A DNA stretch of 64,000 nt from an uncultured Gammaproteobacteria bacterium (GTDB lineage: Bacteria; Patescibacteriota; Patescibacteriia; CAIXNZ01), in assembly GCA_964590345.1 (NCBI GenBank), contig CAZPVP010000003.1, positions 3,634-67,633 of the forward strand, read 5' to 3'. The notes beneath the pieces are model-generated. The model did not search any database. It worked only from the letters and a program-made list of their open reading frames with translations, and had not been told where the DNA came from. The translations under genes were made by a program, and so were the position numbers. Positions 9,071-17,958 of the stretch are shown piece after piece (within the stretch, counting starts at the first letter, position 1; the number at the start of each line of letters is the position of its first letter).

Positions 9071-9655
9071 ATGGATTTAAAACCCGAAATTTTTTATGAA
9101 ATTGAACTTAAATCCGTACTTGATAAAAGCAAATACGAAGAAATTAATAATTTGCTTAATACCGATTCTATATTCAAGCTTTTAAATAAAGAGTCGATTA
9201 CGACCGAATTTTATAAGGCTGATCAGGACAAGACCGATGTCCGATTGCGCTATTCTGATAAAACCATTGAGATTGTTTGCAAAAAGGGACTGGTAACAAA
9301 ATGCTGCCGTAAAGAAATTCGGATACCCTTGAATTCTTTAGAAAAACTCGATCATTTTAGGGAAGTTTTTGATTTGCTGCCATTAATTAAAGAGCCCAAA
9401 ATTCTAAAGCACAAGCAGGAATTCAATTATCATTATAAAGGCTATGATTATATTGTTTGTTTGCAATATATTGAAAATTTTGCTTATTTGGTCGAAGTAG
9501 AATATTTGGCCGAACAAGATGATAGTCAGGTTCATGAACCGAATTTAAAAAATATCTTAGAAGAATTAAATTTAAAAATGATTGACAGCGATAAATTTTT
9601 AAAAAGAGTAGCAGATTATAAAGCCGGCAAAGTAACTATTAATTATCCAATATGA
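9071..9655 (+). CDS. CYTH-domain (class IV adenylate cyclase / triphosphate tunnel) protein
   Basis: EIELK N-terminal motif, VRLR, VEVE; start moved to ATG 9071. Confidence 0.75.
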   Translation: MDLKPEIFYEIELKSVLDKSKYEEINNLLNTDSIFKLLNKESITTEFYKADQDKTDVRLRYSDKTIEIVCKKGLVTKCCRKEIRIPLNSLEKLDHFREVFDLLPLIKEPKILKHKQEFNYHYKGYDYIVCLQYIENFAYLVEVEYLAEQDDSQVHEPNLKNILEELNLKMIDSDKFLKRVADYKAGKVTINYPI

Positions 9656-10317
9656 AGTTATATATAGTGGCTACGCCAATAGGTAATTTAGAAGATATTA
9701 GTTTGCGGGCCTTGCGGATTTTAAAAGAGGCGGATTTTGTCTTATGTGAGGACACTAGGGTAACAAAAATTTTTTTGGATAAATATGAAATCAAAACTCC
9801 GACTATTTCATATTTTCAGCATTCTAAAATTTCCAAAGTCAATAAAATAATTGATTTATTAAAATCCGGCAAGAATTTAGCTTTGGTTTCTGACGCTGGT
9901 ACGCCAGGTATTTCAGATCCTGGGAATAAACTTATTGAGCAAGTGGTTGGAGTTTTGAAAAATAGGGTAGAGATAATTCCGATTCCCGGAGCTTCAGCTG
10001 TTATTTCTGCTTTATCAATTTCTGGTTTGCCGACTGATAAATTTGTTTTTTACGGTTTTTTGCCTTATAAAAAAGGCAAGGAAAAAATTTTAAAAGAAAT
10101 AATTGGCAATAAATACACTTCGGTTTTTTATGAATCAACCCATCGGATTTTAAAGACATTAAGTAAATTACAGGATTTAGGTTTAAATAAACAAGTGGTT
10201 ATTTGTCGGGAATTAACTAAAAAATTTGAAACAGTTTATCGGGGGAATATTGAGAAAGTGTTGGAGGAACTGGAAAAGGGGATTAAAAAAGGGGAGTTTG
10301 TGGTGGTGGTAGGTTGA
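9652..10317 (+). CDS. rsmI: 16S rRNA (cytidine1402-2'-O)-methyltransferase
   Basis: VATPIGNLEDIS, CEDTRVT, VSDAGTPGISDPG, RELTKKFE. Confidence 0.95.
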   Translation: MKLYIVATPIGNLEDISLRALRILKEADFVLCEDTRVTKIFLDKYEIKTPTISYFQHSKISKVNKIIDLLKSGKNLALVSDAGTPGISDPGNKLIEQVVGVLKNRVEIIPIPGASAVISALSISGLPTDKFVFYGFLPYKKGKEKILKEIIGNKYTSVFYESTHRILKTLSKLQDLGLNKQVVICRELTKKFETVYRGNIEKVLEELEKGIKKGEFVVVVG

Positions 10318-10352
10318 ATTCTGAAATCTGAGATCTGAAATATAATATTTAT

Positions 10353-10400
10353 ATTATCGACGGCTTTAGCCGTCGTACGGCCGCTAAAGCGGCCGATAAT
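10353..10400. repeat. REP-like inverted doublet of GC-rich palindromes
   Basis: ATTAT-CGACGGCTTTAGCCGTCG-TA-CGGCCGCTAAAGCGGCCG-ATAAT. Confidence 0.65.
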
Positions 10401-10423
10401 GTAATGGGAATAAAATAAATTTT

Positions 10424-11041
10424 ATGGCAAATATATTAATTTTTGGCGGTAGTATAACTTATGGCGCCTGGGATATAGAAAAAGGTGGCTGGGTTCAAAG
10501 ATTACGCAGTTATTTGGAACAAAATTATGAACTACAGCGATATTTTGTTTATAATTTTGGCATATCAGGCGATACTAGTTCTATGATTTTAGATCGTTTT
10601 GAGACCGATATTAAGTATAGAGTTGATGAAGATGAGAGAAATATTATTATTTTTGCGACTGGCACTAATGATTCGGCTTTTTTAGAAAAAGAAAATAAAC
10701 AAAGAACAGAAATTAAAGTATTTAAAAAGAAGTTAGGAAAATTAGTTAAATTGGCTACTAAATATTCAAATAAAGTAATATTTATTGGTTTAACAACAGT
10801 TAATGAGCCAATGGTTTCACCAATACCTTGGAAGCCAAATATTCTTTATAATAATCAAAATATATTGCAGTATAATAATATAATTAAAGATTTTTGTCAG
10901 AAAAAGAATATTTTATTCATTGATCTATATGATGAAATCAGCTGGGATAATTTAGTTGATGGTATTCATCCTAATGAAAAAGGTCATGAAATTATGTTTG
11001 AAATTATTAAAGATGAATTAATAAAAAATAAAATTATATAA
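10424..11041 (+). CDS. SGNH/GDSL hydrolase
   Basis: FGGSIT, NFGISGD, GTND, DGIHPN. Confidence 0.88.
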   Translation: MANILIFGGSITYGAWDIEKGGWVQRLRSYLEQNYELQRYFVYNFGISGDTSSMILDRFETDIKYRVDEDERNIIIFATGTNDSAFLEKENKQRTEIKVFKKKLGKLVKLATKYSNKVIFIGLTTVNEPMVSPIPWKPNILYNNQNILQYNNIIKDFCQKKNILFIDLYDEISWDNLVDGIHPNEKGHEIMFEIIKDELIKNKII

Positions 11042-11045
11042 TTTT

Positions 11046-12578
11046 ATGCCGAAAAAACAAAAAACTTTTTATATTACAACAACTTTGCCTTATGTAAATG
11101 CTGATCCGCATATTGGTTTTGCAGCAGAAATTATCAGGGCTGATATTTTTGCCCGCCATCAAAGAATGATAGGTAAGGAAGTTTTTTTTAATACTGGGAC
11201 TGATGAACATGGCTTGAAAATTTATCGCCAAGCGCAAGCGGCTGGTAAAGCTCCGCAAAAATACGTAGATGAATATGCAGCTAAGTTCCAATTTTTGGAT
11301 GACACTTTAGATTTAAGTTTTAACAGCTTTATCCGGACAACCGATCCTCATCATATTAAAGCGGCTCAGGAATTTTGGAAATTATGCCAGGAAAAAGGTG
11401 ATATTTACAAAAAAAATTATCAGGTTAAATATTGCGTGGGCTGTGAAATGGAAAAAAGCGATTCCGAGCTGGAAAATGGCCGCTGTCCGATTCATCCCAA
11501 TCAGGAGTTGGAATTGATTGATGAAGAAAATTACTTTTTCGCCTGGTCAAAATATGAAAAAAAACTTTTAAAATTATACAAGGAGAATCCTGACTTTGTA
11601 GTGCCCCAGCACCGTTTGCACGAAATTAAAAACTTTGTTAAATCAGGCTTACAGGATTTTTCAATTTCTCGTTTGAAAAATAAAATGCCATGGGGTGTTC
11701 CTGTCCCGGGAGATGAGAATCATGTCATATATGTCTGGTTTGATGCCCTTGTTAATTATATTTCCTGTTTGGGCTGGCCTAAAAATAAGAAGAAATTTAA
11801 TAAATTTTGGCCGGGGATCCAGGTAGCTGGCAAAGATAATTTGCGGCAGCAATCTGCTATGTGGCAGGCTATGTTAATGTCAGCTGGTTTAGCTAATTCA
11901 AAACAAGTATTAATTTTTGGTTTTATTAATTCAGGCGGTCAGAAAATGAGTAAAAGTTTAGGCAATGTAATTGACCCTTTTGAAGTTGTTCATAAATATG
12001 GGACTGATGCGATTCGCTATTTTATTGCCGCGGGTTTGGCAGCTTTTGAAGACAGTGATTTCACTTATGAAAGGTTTGAAGAAAAATATAATTCAGATTT
12101 AGCCAATGACCTTGGCAACTTGGTTTCTCGCGTCTTATCAATGACCGAGAAATACCATAACGGTATAGTGCCGAAATATCAGATTGAAAAGGACAAGTTA
12201 TTTGCATTTGACTTGAAAACCGATTGGGATCGATACGATTATTTTATGGATTTGTATCAGCTTGATCAAGCATTGGAAGTTGTTTGGGAAAATATTAGAA
12301 AAGCCAATGCTTATATTGATAAAGAAAAGCCTTGGGAATTAGCAAAAATTCAGCCTAAAGTTTTAGCTGATGTTATGTACAATCTTTTGGAGGTTTTGCG
12401 TCAGACAGCTGTCATGATCAGACCTTTTATGCCCCAAACCAGTGAAAAGATTTTAGAGCAATTGGGTTTTAAATCAGCTAAGGAATTTAAAAAGCCGATT
12501 AAAAAATTGAGAACATGGGCTATTTTGCCTCTTGGTCAGAAAATTAAAAAAGGAGATGTTTTGTTCCCGCGTTTATAA
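11046..12578 (+). CDS. metG: Methionine--tRNA ligase
   Basis: PYVNADPHIG, GTDEHG, YVWFDAL, KMSKSLGN. Confidence 0.96.
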   Translation: MPKKQKTFYITTTLPYVNADPHIGFAAEIIRADIFARHQRMIGKEVFFNTGTDEHGLKIYRQAQAAGKAPQKYVDEYAAKFQFLDDTLDLSFNSFIRTTDPHHIKAAQEFWKLCQEKGDIYKKNYQVKYCVGCEMEKSDSELENGRCPIHPNQELELIDEENYFFAWSKYEKKLLKLYKENPDFVVPQHRLHEIKNFVKSGLQDFSISRLKNKMPWGVPVPGDENHVIYVWFDALVNYISCLGWPKNKKKFNKFWPGIQVAGKDNLRQQSAMWQAMLMSAGLANSKQVLIFGFINSGGQKMSKSLGNVIDPFEVVHKYGTDAIRYFIAAGLAAFEDSDFTYERFEEKYNSDLANDLGNLVSRVLSMTEKYHNGIVPKYQIEKDKLFAFDLKTDWDRYDYFMDLYQLDQALEVVWENIRKANAYIDKEKPWELAKIQPKVLADVMYNLLEVLRQTAVMIRPFMPQTSEKILEQLGFKSAKEFKKPIKKLRTWAILPLGQKIKKGDVLFPRL

Positions 12579-12626
12579 AATAAAATTTCCAATCCCTAAT
12601 TATCTAATATACTAATTACCAAATTT

Positions 12627-13136
12627 ATGACCATTTTTGACGTAATTTTACTTTTAATTTTATTTGGTTTTATAATGTTTGGTTTATGGTTTGGCTTGAT
12701 TCATACTTTAGGTGCAATCGTCGGTACTTTTGCCGGTGCCTTTTTTGCTGGTTTATGGTATGCTAATTTAGCTATTTGGCTGGAACAAATTTTTGGCAAT
12801 CCAAATTTAATGAAAATTTTTGCGTTTATTTTTATTTTTATTATTGTCAATCGCCTGATTGGTTTTGGTTTTTATGTTTTGGAGAGAATTTTCGGTTTTT
12901 TGAAAACCATACCGTTTTTAAGCACTGTCAGCCGTATCATTGGCGGTATTTTAGGTTTTTTTGATGGCATTTTAGTGATTGGTTTGTCTTTGTTTATTGT
13001 GGCTCGTTTCCCGGTTTCTGATTGGTTTACTCAAGTTTTGCAAGCTTCAAAACTATCGCCCTGGTTTATTAAAGTTTCAGGTGTTTTGCAATTAATGTTG
13101 CCAGAATTATTAAAACAAATTGAATCGGTAATATAA
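12627..13136 (+). CDS. CvpA (colicin V production) family membrane protein
   Basis: MTIFDVI start, four TM segments, RIIGGILGFFDG, terminal S-x-L-x-P motif. Confidence 0.75.
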   Translation: MTIFDVILLLILFGFIMFGLWFGLIHTLGAIVGTFAGAFFAGLWYANLAIWLEQIFGNPNLMKIFAFIFIFIIVNRLIGFGFYVLERIFGFLKTIPFLSTVSRIIGGILGFFDGILVIGLSLFIVARFPVSDWFTQVLQASKLSPWFIKVSGVLQLMLPELLKQIESVI

Positions 13137-13193
13137 TAAAATCTGAAAGCCGAATTTTGAAATTTTATAATTCATAATTAGGCATTTAAATTT

Positions 13194-14057
13194 ATGTTTA
13201 TTGATTCTCATGCTCATATGAATTTTAAAGAATACGAGGGGGAGCTGGAGGATGTAATCCAGCGCTCTTTTAATAATGGGACTTGGATTATTAATATCGG
13301 TTCAAATTATGAAACCAGTAAAAAAGCAATTAAAATCGCTGAAAATTTTGATTTAGGCATTTGGGCTGTTATTGGTTGTCATCCGGTTCATTTAGTTAAA
13401 GATATTACTGAAAAAGCTATTTTTGGAGGAGAAGAACATAGTTTTTTTACGCCTAAGGAAAAATTTAATTATCAAAAATATTCAGAGTTAGCTAAATCAA
13501 GCGATAAAGTCGTTGGTATAGGTGAAACTGGTTTTGATTTTTTTCGTATGGCTGATGCTAAGCATTCAATGGAGGAAATTAAAAAAATTCAAACTGATGT
13601 TTTTAAGCAGTTTATTAAAATAGCTAGAGAGCTAAATTTGCCTTTGGTTTTGCATTGTCGAGGCGAAGAAGATAAGCCTTACGAAGTTTACGATTTAATG
13701 CTGGAAGTACTTAGCTCTGAGCTTAGCCCAAAGCCCAATGGTGTTATCCATTGCTTTGGCGGTAATTTAGAACAAGCCAAAAAATTTATTGACCTGGGTT
13801 TTTATATTGGTTTTACTGGTATTGTGACTTTTAAAAATGCTAAAGAATTGCAAGAAATTGCCAAAGAAATTTCTTTGGATAAAATTTTAGTGGAAACAGA
13901 CGCACCCTTTTTAGCGCCTGATCCTTATCGCGGTGTGAAAAATGAACCAACTTTTGTTCGTTATGTGGCTCAAAAAATAGCTGATTTGAAAGAATTAACT
14001 TTTGAAGAAGTTGAAAAACAAACTTTTGCTAATACGAGTAAACTTTTTAATCTTTAA
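13194..14057 (+). CDS. tatD: TatD-family deoxyribonuclease
   Basis: IDSHAH, GCHP, GIGETG, LHCR, IHCF, VETDAPFLAP. Confidence 0.93.
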   Translation: MFIDSHAHMNFKEYEGELEDVIQRSFNNGTWIINIGSNYETSKKAIKIAENFDLGIWAVIGCHPVHLVKDITEKAIFGGEEHSFFTPKEKFNYQKYSELAKSSDKVVGIGETGFDFFRMADAKHSMEEIKKIQTDVFKQFIKIARELNLPLVLHCRGEEDKPYEVYDLMLEVLSSELSPKPNGVIHCFGGNLEQAKKFIDLGFYIGFTGIVTFKNAKELQEIAKEISLDKILVETDAPFLAPDPYRGVKNEPTFVRYVAQKIADLKELTFEEVEKQTFANTSKLFNL

Positions 14058-14059
14058 AT

Positions 14060-14683
14060 ATGAAAAAACCTGACTGGAAAATGGAACATGGTTTATGGAA
14101 ACGGAGTTATCAGTTTGTTGCTGGCATTGATGAAGTCGGCAGAGGAGCTTGGGCAGGGCCAATTGTGGCAGCTGGGGTGATTTTTGAAAAGAGAATAAGG
14201 ATTAAAGGATTAAATGATTCTAAGAAGATTTCAGTGCCTAAAAGAATTAAATTAGCTGAGATAATTAAAGAAAAATCTTTAGCTTGGACTATTGAAGTTG
14301 TTGAAAATGAAATAATTGATGAGATTGGAGTGGGTAAAGCTAATGCTTTGGTTATTGATCAGGTGATTAATAGTTTAAATCCCAGGCCCCAATATTTACT
14401 GATTGATAAAGCTAGTGTAGCAAAATATAAAATTAGGATTCCTTGGGAGACAATTATAAAAGGGGATAGTAAGGTTTTCTCTATTGCAGCAGCTTCAATT
14501 TTAGCTAAGGTTTATAGAGATAATTTAATGCTAAAATTAGCCCAAAAACACCCTGATTATAAATTTGAAAAGCATAAGGGTTATGGCACTGCCTTGCATC
14601 AAAAAATGCTGAAAAAATACAATATTTGTCCGATTCATCGTAAATCATATAAACCAATCAGCCAGCCAAAATTAATTGGCTGA
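14060..14683 (+). CDS. rnhB: Ribonuclease HII
   Basis: GIDEVGRG, NDSKK, KGDSK, SIAAASILAKVYRD, HKGYGT, HRKS. Confidence 0.95.
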   Translation: MKKPDWKMEHGLWKRSYQFVAGIDEVGRGAWAGPIVAAGVIFEKRIRIKGLNDSKKISVPKRIKLAEIIKEKSLAWTIEVVENEIIDEIGVGKANALVIDQVINSLNPRPQYLLIDKASVAKYKIRIPWETIIKGDSKVFSIAAASILAKVYRDNLMLKLAQKHPDYKFEKHKGYGTALHQKMLKKYNICPIHRKSYKPISQPKLIG

Positions 14684-14690
14684 AAATTTT

Positions 14691-15461
14691 ATGAAAAAGG
14701 AAACAATTAAAAATCGTCATGGTTTAAAAATAGTAATTTTATTAGAAAAAGCTGATCAGCCAAAAGGTTTAGCTGTTGTTTTGCATGGCTTGGGCGGGTT
14801 TAAAGAACAAGATCACATTGAAACTTTTGCCCAGGCTTTTAAAGAGGCAGGTTATACTGTTTTGCGTTATGATTCTACTCATGCCTTTGGTGAAAGTGAA
14901 GGTGCTTATGAATATGCTACAACAACAAATTATTACGAGGATTTAGAAGACGTGATTAAATGGGCGAAGAAACAAGATTGGTATATTGAACCCTTTGTTT
15001 TGGCTGGCCATAGTCAGGGTGGCATTTCAATTATTTTATACGCACAAAAATATCCGGAGAAAGTGAAGGCTTTAGCTCCAATTTCCACAATGATTTCTGG
15101 AGAAATGGGTATTAAGGCTTATAATGATCCAGAGTATCAAGCAAAGTGGCAAAAACAAGGTTATATTGAAAATCCTTCTGCAACGAGGCCAGGTGTAATG
15201 AAAAAATTGAATTGGTCTTATATGGAAGATGCTATGAAATATAATATTTTGCCTCAAGCGAATAAATTAATAATGCCAGTTTTGTTAATTGTAGGTGAAA
15301 AAGATAGAGGCACTCCGCCGAAGCATCAAAAGATTTTGTTTGATAAATTGCCGGGGAAAAAGGAATTGCATATTATAAAGCATTCTCCTCATACTTTTAG
15401 AAAAAAAGAACATTTAGACGAAATTAAACAAATATTTAAAAATTGGATCGAGAAGATTTAA
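14691..15461 (+). CDS. Alpha/beta-fold hydrolase
   Basis: LHGLGG, GHSQGG nucleophile elbow, GEKD, HTF; ATG at 14691. Confidence 0.88.
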   Translation: MKKETIKNRHGLKIVILLEKADQPKGLAVVLHGLGGFKEQDHIETFAQAFKEAGYTVLRYDSTHAFGESEGAYEYATTTNYYEDLEDVIKWAKKQDWYIEPFVLAGHSQGGISIILYAQKYPEKVKALAPISTMISGEMGIKAYNDPEYQAKWQKQGYIENPSATRPGVMKKLNWSYMEDAMKYNILPQANKLIMPVLLIVGEKDRGTPPKHQKILFDKLPGKKELHIIKHSPHTFRKKEHLDEIKQIFKNWIEKI

Positions 15462-15465
15462 TTTT

Positions 15466-16536
15466 ATGTATAAAAATAAAAAAAGTTTCAAAAAAATAAA
15501 ATTTCCGCAAGATGAGCAAAAGCACGATCATGCAATAGAGTGGTGGTATTTTAATGGTAATTTGTGGACAAAAGACGGACGACAATTTTCTTACATGAAT
15601 ACTCTGTTCGCGGCCAAACCCAAGCAAGTTAAAATTCCGTTTTTGAGCAAAGTTCCTTTAAAAATATTATATTTTTCCCATTATTTGTTGACTGACAATA
15701 AGAATCAGAAATTTTACCATAAAATCAATCCGATTTGCTGGGTAAATCCGGATAGCTTTACAAAACCTTTGCTTTGGGTTCAATACGACAATGCCTGTTT
15801 AATTGAAGAACTTAGCCGATTTAATTACCATATTGTAAATGACTTTATTGATTTGGATCTGTGTTCAACAAAAAAGCCATTATTAATTAATAAAAAAGGT
15901 TATTTGGATTTGAAAGTTAAAGCAACTTATTATTATTCGCTAACTAGTTTAGTAACAAAAGGACTGATTAAAGTCAAAGATAAATGGTTGGAAGTTGAAG
16001 GATTATCTTGGATGGATCATCAGTGGGCAAATGGACCAATGATCAGAGGCGATAAATGGACATGGTTTTCAATTCAGCTTAATAATGAAACTGATTTTGT
16101 TTGTTTTGTTTATGGTGATAAAAAAAAGATATTTCACGCTAGTTTAATTGATAAGAAAGAGAACGTTAAATTTACTGACAACGTAATTTTTAAAATAAAT
16201 GATATTAAATATAAAAGTAAAGCAACAGGCTCCCAATATCAGCTGGGTTATCAAATTTCTATCCCGGATTGGAAAATTGATTTAGAGGTTGAGCCATTTA
16301 ATAAAAAGCAAGAAATAATTTTTGGCGCACTTAGTTATTGGGAAGGCGGCATTAAAGTATCGGGCAAATTGAACAATAAGAAAGTAAAAGGAGTCGGTTT
16401 TATGGAAATAGTCGGCACGCCAATGAAAAAGAACACTTTGAAAGTTTATTTAAATAAATTCAAAAAAGAAATAACAAATAATCCTTGGCAAAAAATAAGC
16501 AAGGAATTTTCTAAAAAATTTAAAGCTTATAAATAA
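15466..16536 (+). CDS. Lipocalin-like CrtC/AttH-family protein
   Basis: IEWWYFNG, YYYS, WMDHQW, WTWFSIQL, YWEG, GFME. Confidence 0.82.
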   Translation: MYKNKKSFKKIKFPQDEQKHDHAIEWWYFNGNLWTKDGRQFSYMNTLFAAKPKQVKIPFLSKVPLKILYFSHYLLTDNKNQKFYHKINPICWVNPDSFTKPLLWVQYDNACLIEELSRFNYHIVNDFIDLDLCSTKKPLLINKKGYLDLKVKATYYYSLTSLVTKGLIKVKDKWLEVEGLSWMDHQWANGPMIRGDKWTWFSIQLNNETDFVCFVYGDKKKIFHASLIDKKENVKFTDNVIFKINDIKYKSKATGSQYQLGYQISIPDWKIDLEVEPFNKKQEIIFGALSYWEGGIKVSGKLNNKKVKGVGFMEIVGTPMKKNTLKVYLNKFKKEITNNPWQKISKEFSKKFKAYK

Positions 16537-16544
16537 AAAAATAT

Positions 16545-17075
16545 ATGAGAAATTTAAAAACAATTTTTATTCTTGTTCTTTTGACCATTTTATTGTCAGG
16601 CTGTTTTAATTTAGCCACCAATACGAATCAGGCCGATAAAAATACTAATCAGCCGGAAACAATCGACCAGGATGGTGATTTAGAACCAAGCAAGGGGGAT
16701 TTGGATCAATTGGACGATGATTTGAATTTTTATACCTTAGAACTCGGTCGCAGCGATTCTGATATTCAAAGTGTCAGAACTTATGATTTTTATTTGCCAA
16801 AAGATGTTGAATTTGAGGTTATGGGAGTTGACGCGCCAAGCACTATAATTGAATTTAAAAAAGATAATCAAGTAATTTTTAGCTGGCATAATCGGGATTA
16901 TGTTATTGATGAGGATAATCTGGATATTATGTATCCGGATTGGGATAATTACAGTTTTGTGGGAGGGCATACCAATGTTTTGTTTTTTGATGAAGAAGAA
17001 AATGCCAAGTATCAAGATGATTTATATGTTTTTGAAGATAGTTTAAAAATTAATGGGCAATTGGTTTTTGAATAA
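16545..17075 (+). CDS. Putative acidic lipoprotein
   Basis: Signal peptide with lipobox LLSG-C, Asn/Asp-rich linker. Confidence 0.65.
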   Translation: MRNLKTIFILVLLTILLSGCFNLATNTNQADKNTNQPETIDQDGDLEPSKGDLDQLDDDLNFYTLELGRSDSDIQSVRTYDFYLPKDVEFEVMGVDAPSTIIEFKKDNQVIFSWHNRDYVIDEDNLDIMYPDWDNYSFVGGHTNVLFFDEEENAKYQDDLYVFEDSLKINGQLVFE

Positions 17076-17086
17076 AAATAATTTAT

Positions 17087-17121
17087 AAAGAAAAGTCGCT
17101 TTATTAAAGCGACTTTTCTTT
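17087..17121. terminator. Intrinsic terminator (potentially bidirectional)
   Basis: AAAGAAAAGTCGCTTT-att-AAAGCGACTTTTCTTT. Confidence 0.8.
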
Positions 17122-17132
17122 TATTTTCCTTA

Positions 17133-17376
17133 CAGAGAATCCCGCAACAGGAGGAGCGAAAAGCGAATGACGACGCATTGCGGGGGGATGAATGGCTTAG
17201 CACACGATAGTATGCTAAGCTGGGAGCGCAAAAAATTATTTTTCAAGTAGCAACAGATTCTTCGACTATGCTCAGGATAACATTTGAGGAGTTCCAAATT
17301 TTGCAAAATAAATTTTTGCGAGTAGCGGAGCAAAGGAAATCCCAGCGAGCGAAGGAAGTTAGGGAGGACGTCATTT
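17133..17376. ncRNA. Candidate structured RNA or miniature mobile element
   Basis: GC/purine-rich intergenic island with several complementary segments; see findings. Confidence 0.4.
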
Positions 17377-17570
17377 ATTTAATAAAAATATATTTGACAT
17401 TCTTTGCTAAGTTAAAATAACCTTTTGGGCGGATTGATTTGTTATTACAAAAAAAGCATATTTGGATTTGATAATGGTGTTTAAATTTGTCTCAAATTAT
17501 AGTGTAAAGAGGGGAGTGCATGAAGTGATAAATTTAAGAAACAGCTTGCGGGCAACGCTCGCAATAAAAT

Positions 17571-17602
17571 AAAAGCCACCGTTTATTTTGCCGGTGGCTT
17601 TT
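17571..17602. terminator. Bidirectional intrinsic terminator
   Basis: AAAAGCCACCG-loop-CGGTGGCTTTT immediately 3' of the minus-strand zinc-ribbon gene. Confidence 0.75.
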
Positions 17603-17613
17603 TGTTTGCTTAT

Positions 17614-17808
17614 CTATTCAATTTTAATTTGGATTTTGCAATGAGGGCATTTGATTGTTTCGCCCTGTTTGGTGGCGATTATGCCATCATTCTTTAATAA
17701 TTTTTTGTCAGTTTTTGATAAATTTTCGTTTTTACCAAAAACTATTATTTGATAGAGTTTCATGCAGTTTCGACATAGATGTTTTTCCACTATTAGTTTA
17801 TCACTCAT
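17614..17808 (-). CDS. 64-aa zinc-ribbon microprotein
   Basis: MSDKLIVEKHLCRNC...KCPHCK; strong SD AAGGAGGGGG before ATG 17808. Confidence 0.65.
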   Translation of the reverse strand: MSDKLIVEKHLCRNCMKLYQIIVFGKNENLSKTDKKLLKNDGIIATKQGETIKCPHCKIQIKIE

Positions 17809-17958
17809 TTCCCCCTCCTTTATTGAAATCTTGATTAAAGTTAAACAAAATAATTTGTTTTTGTCAAGGTTTGTCTTTACGAATGATTGTGCAAGATTTT
17901 TAAAAATTTTAATTTTAGTATAAAATAAGTTATATAAATGACTAATGACAAATAACAA

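Noticed and set aside
17130-17333. Minus-strand 67-aa and 63-aa ORFs over the structured element; also RNase P, tmRNA or SRP identity for it
   Set aside because: ORFs lack convincing starts or protein-like composition; hallmark motifs (GAGGAAAGUCC, tRNA-like ends, SRP loop) were not found by eye.
17510-17572. GGGGAG SD followed by ATG AAG TGA or a 15-codon GTG ORF
   Set aside because: Too short and without supporting features; cannot be distinguished from chance.
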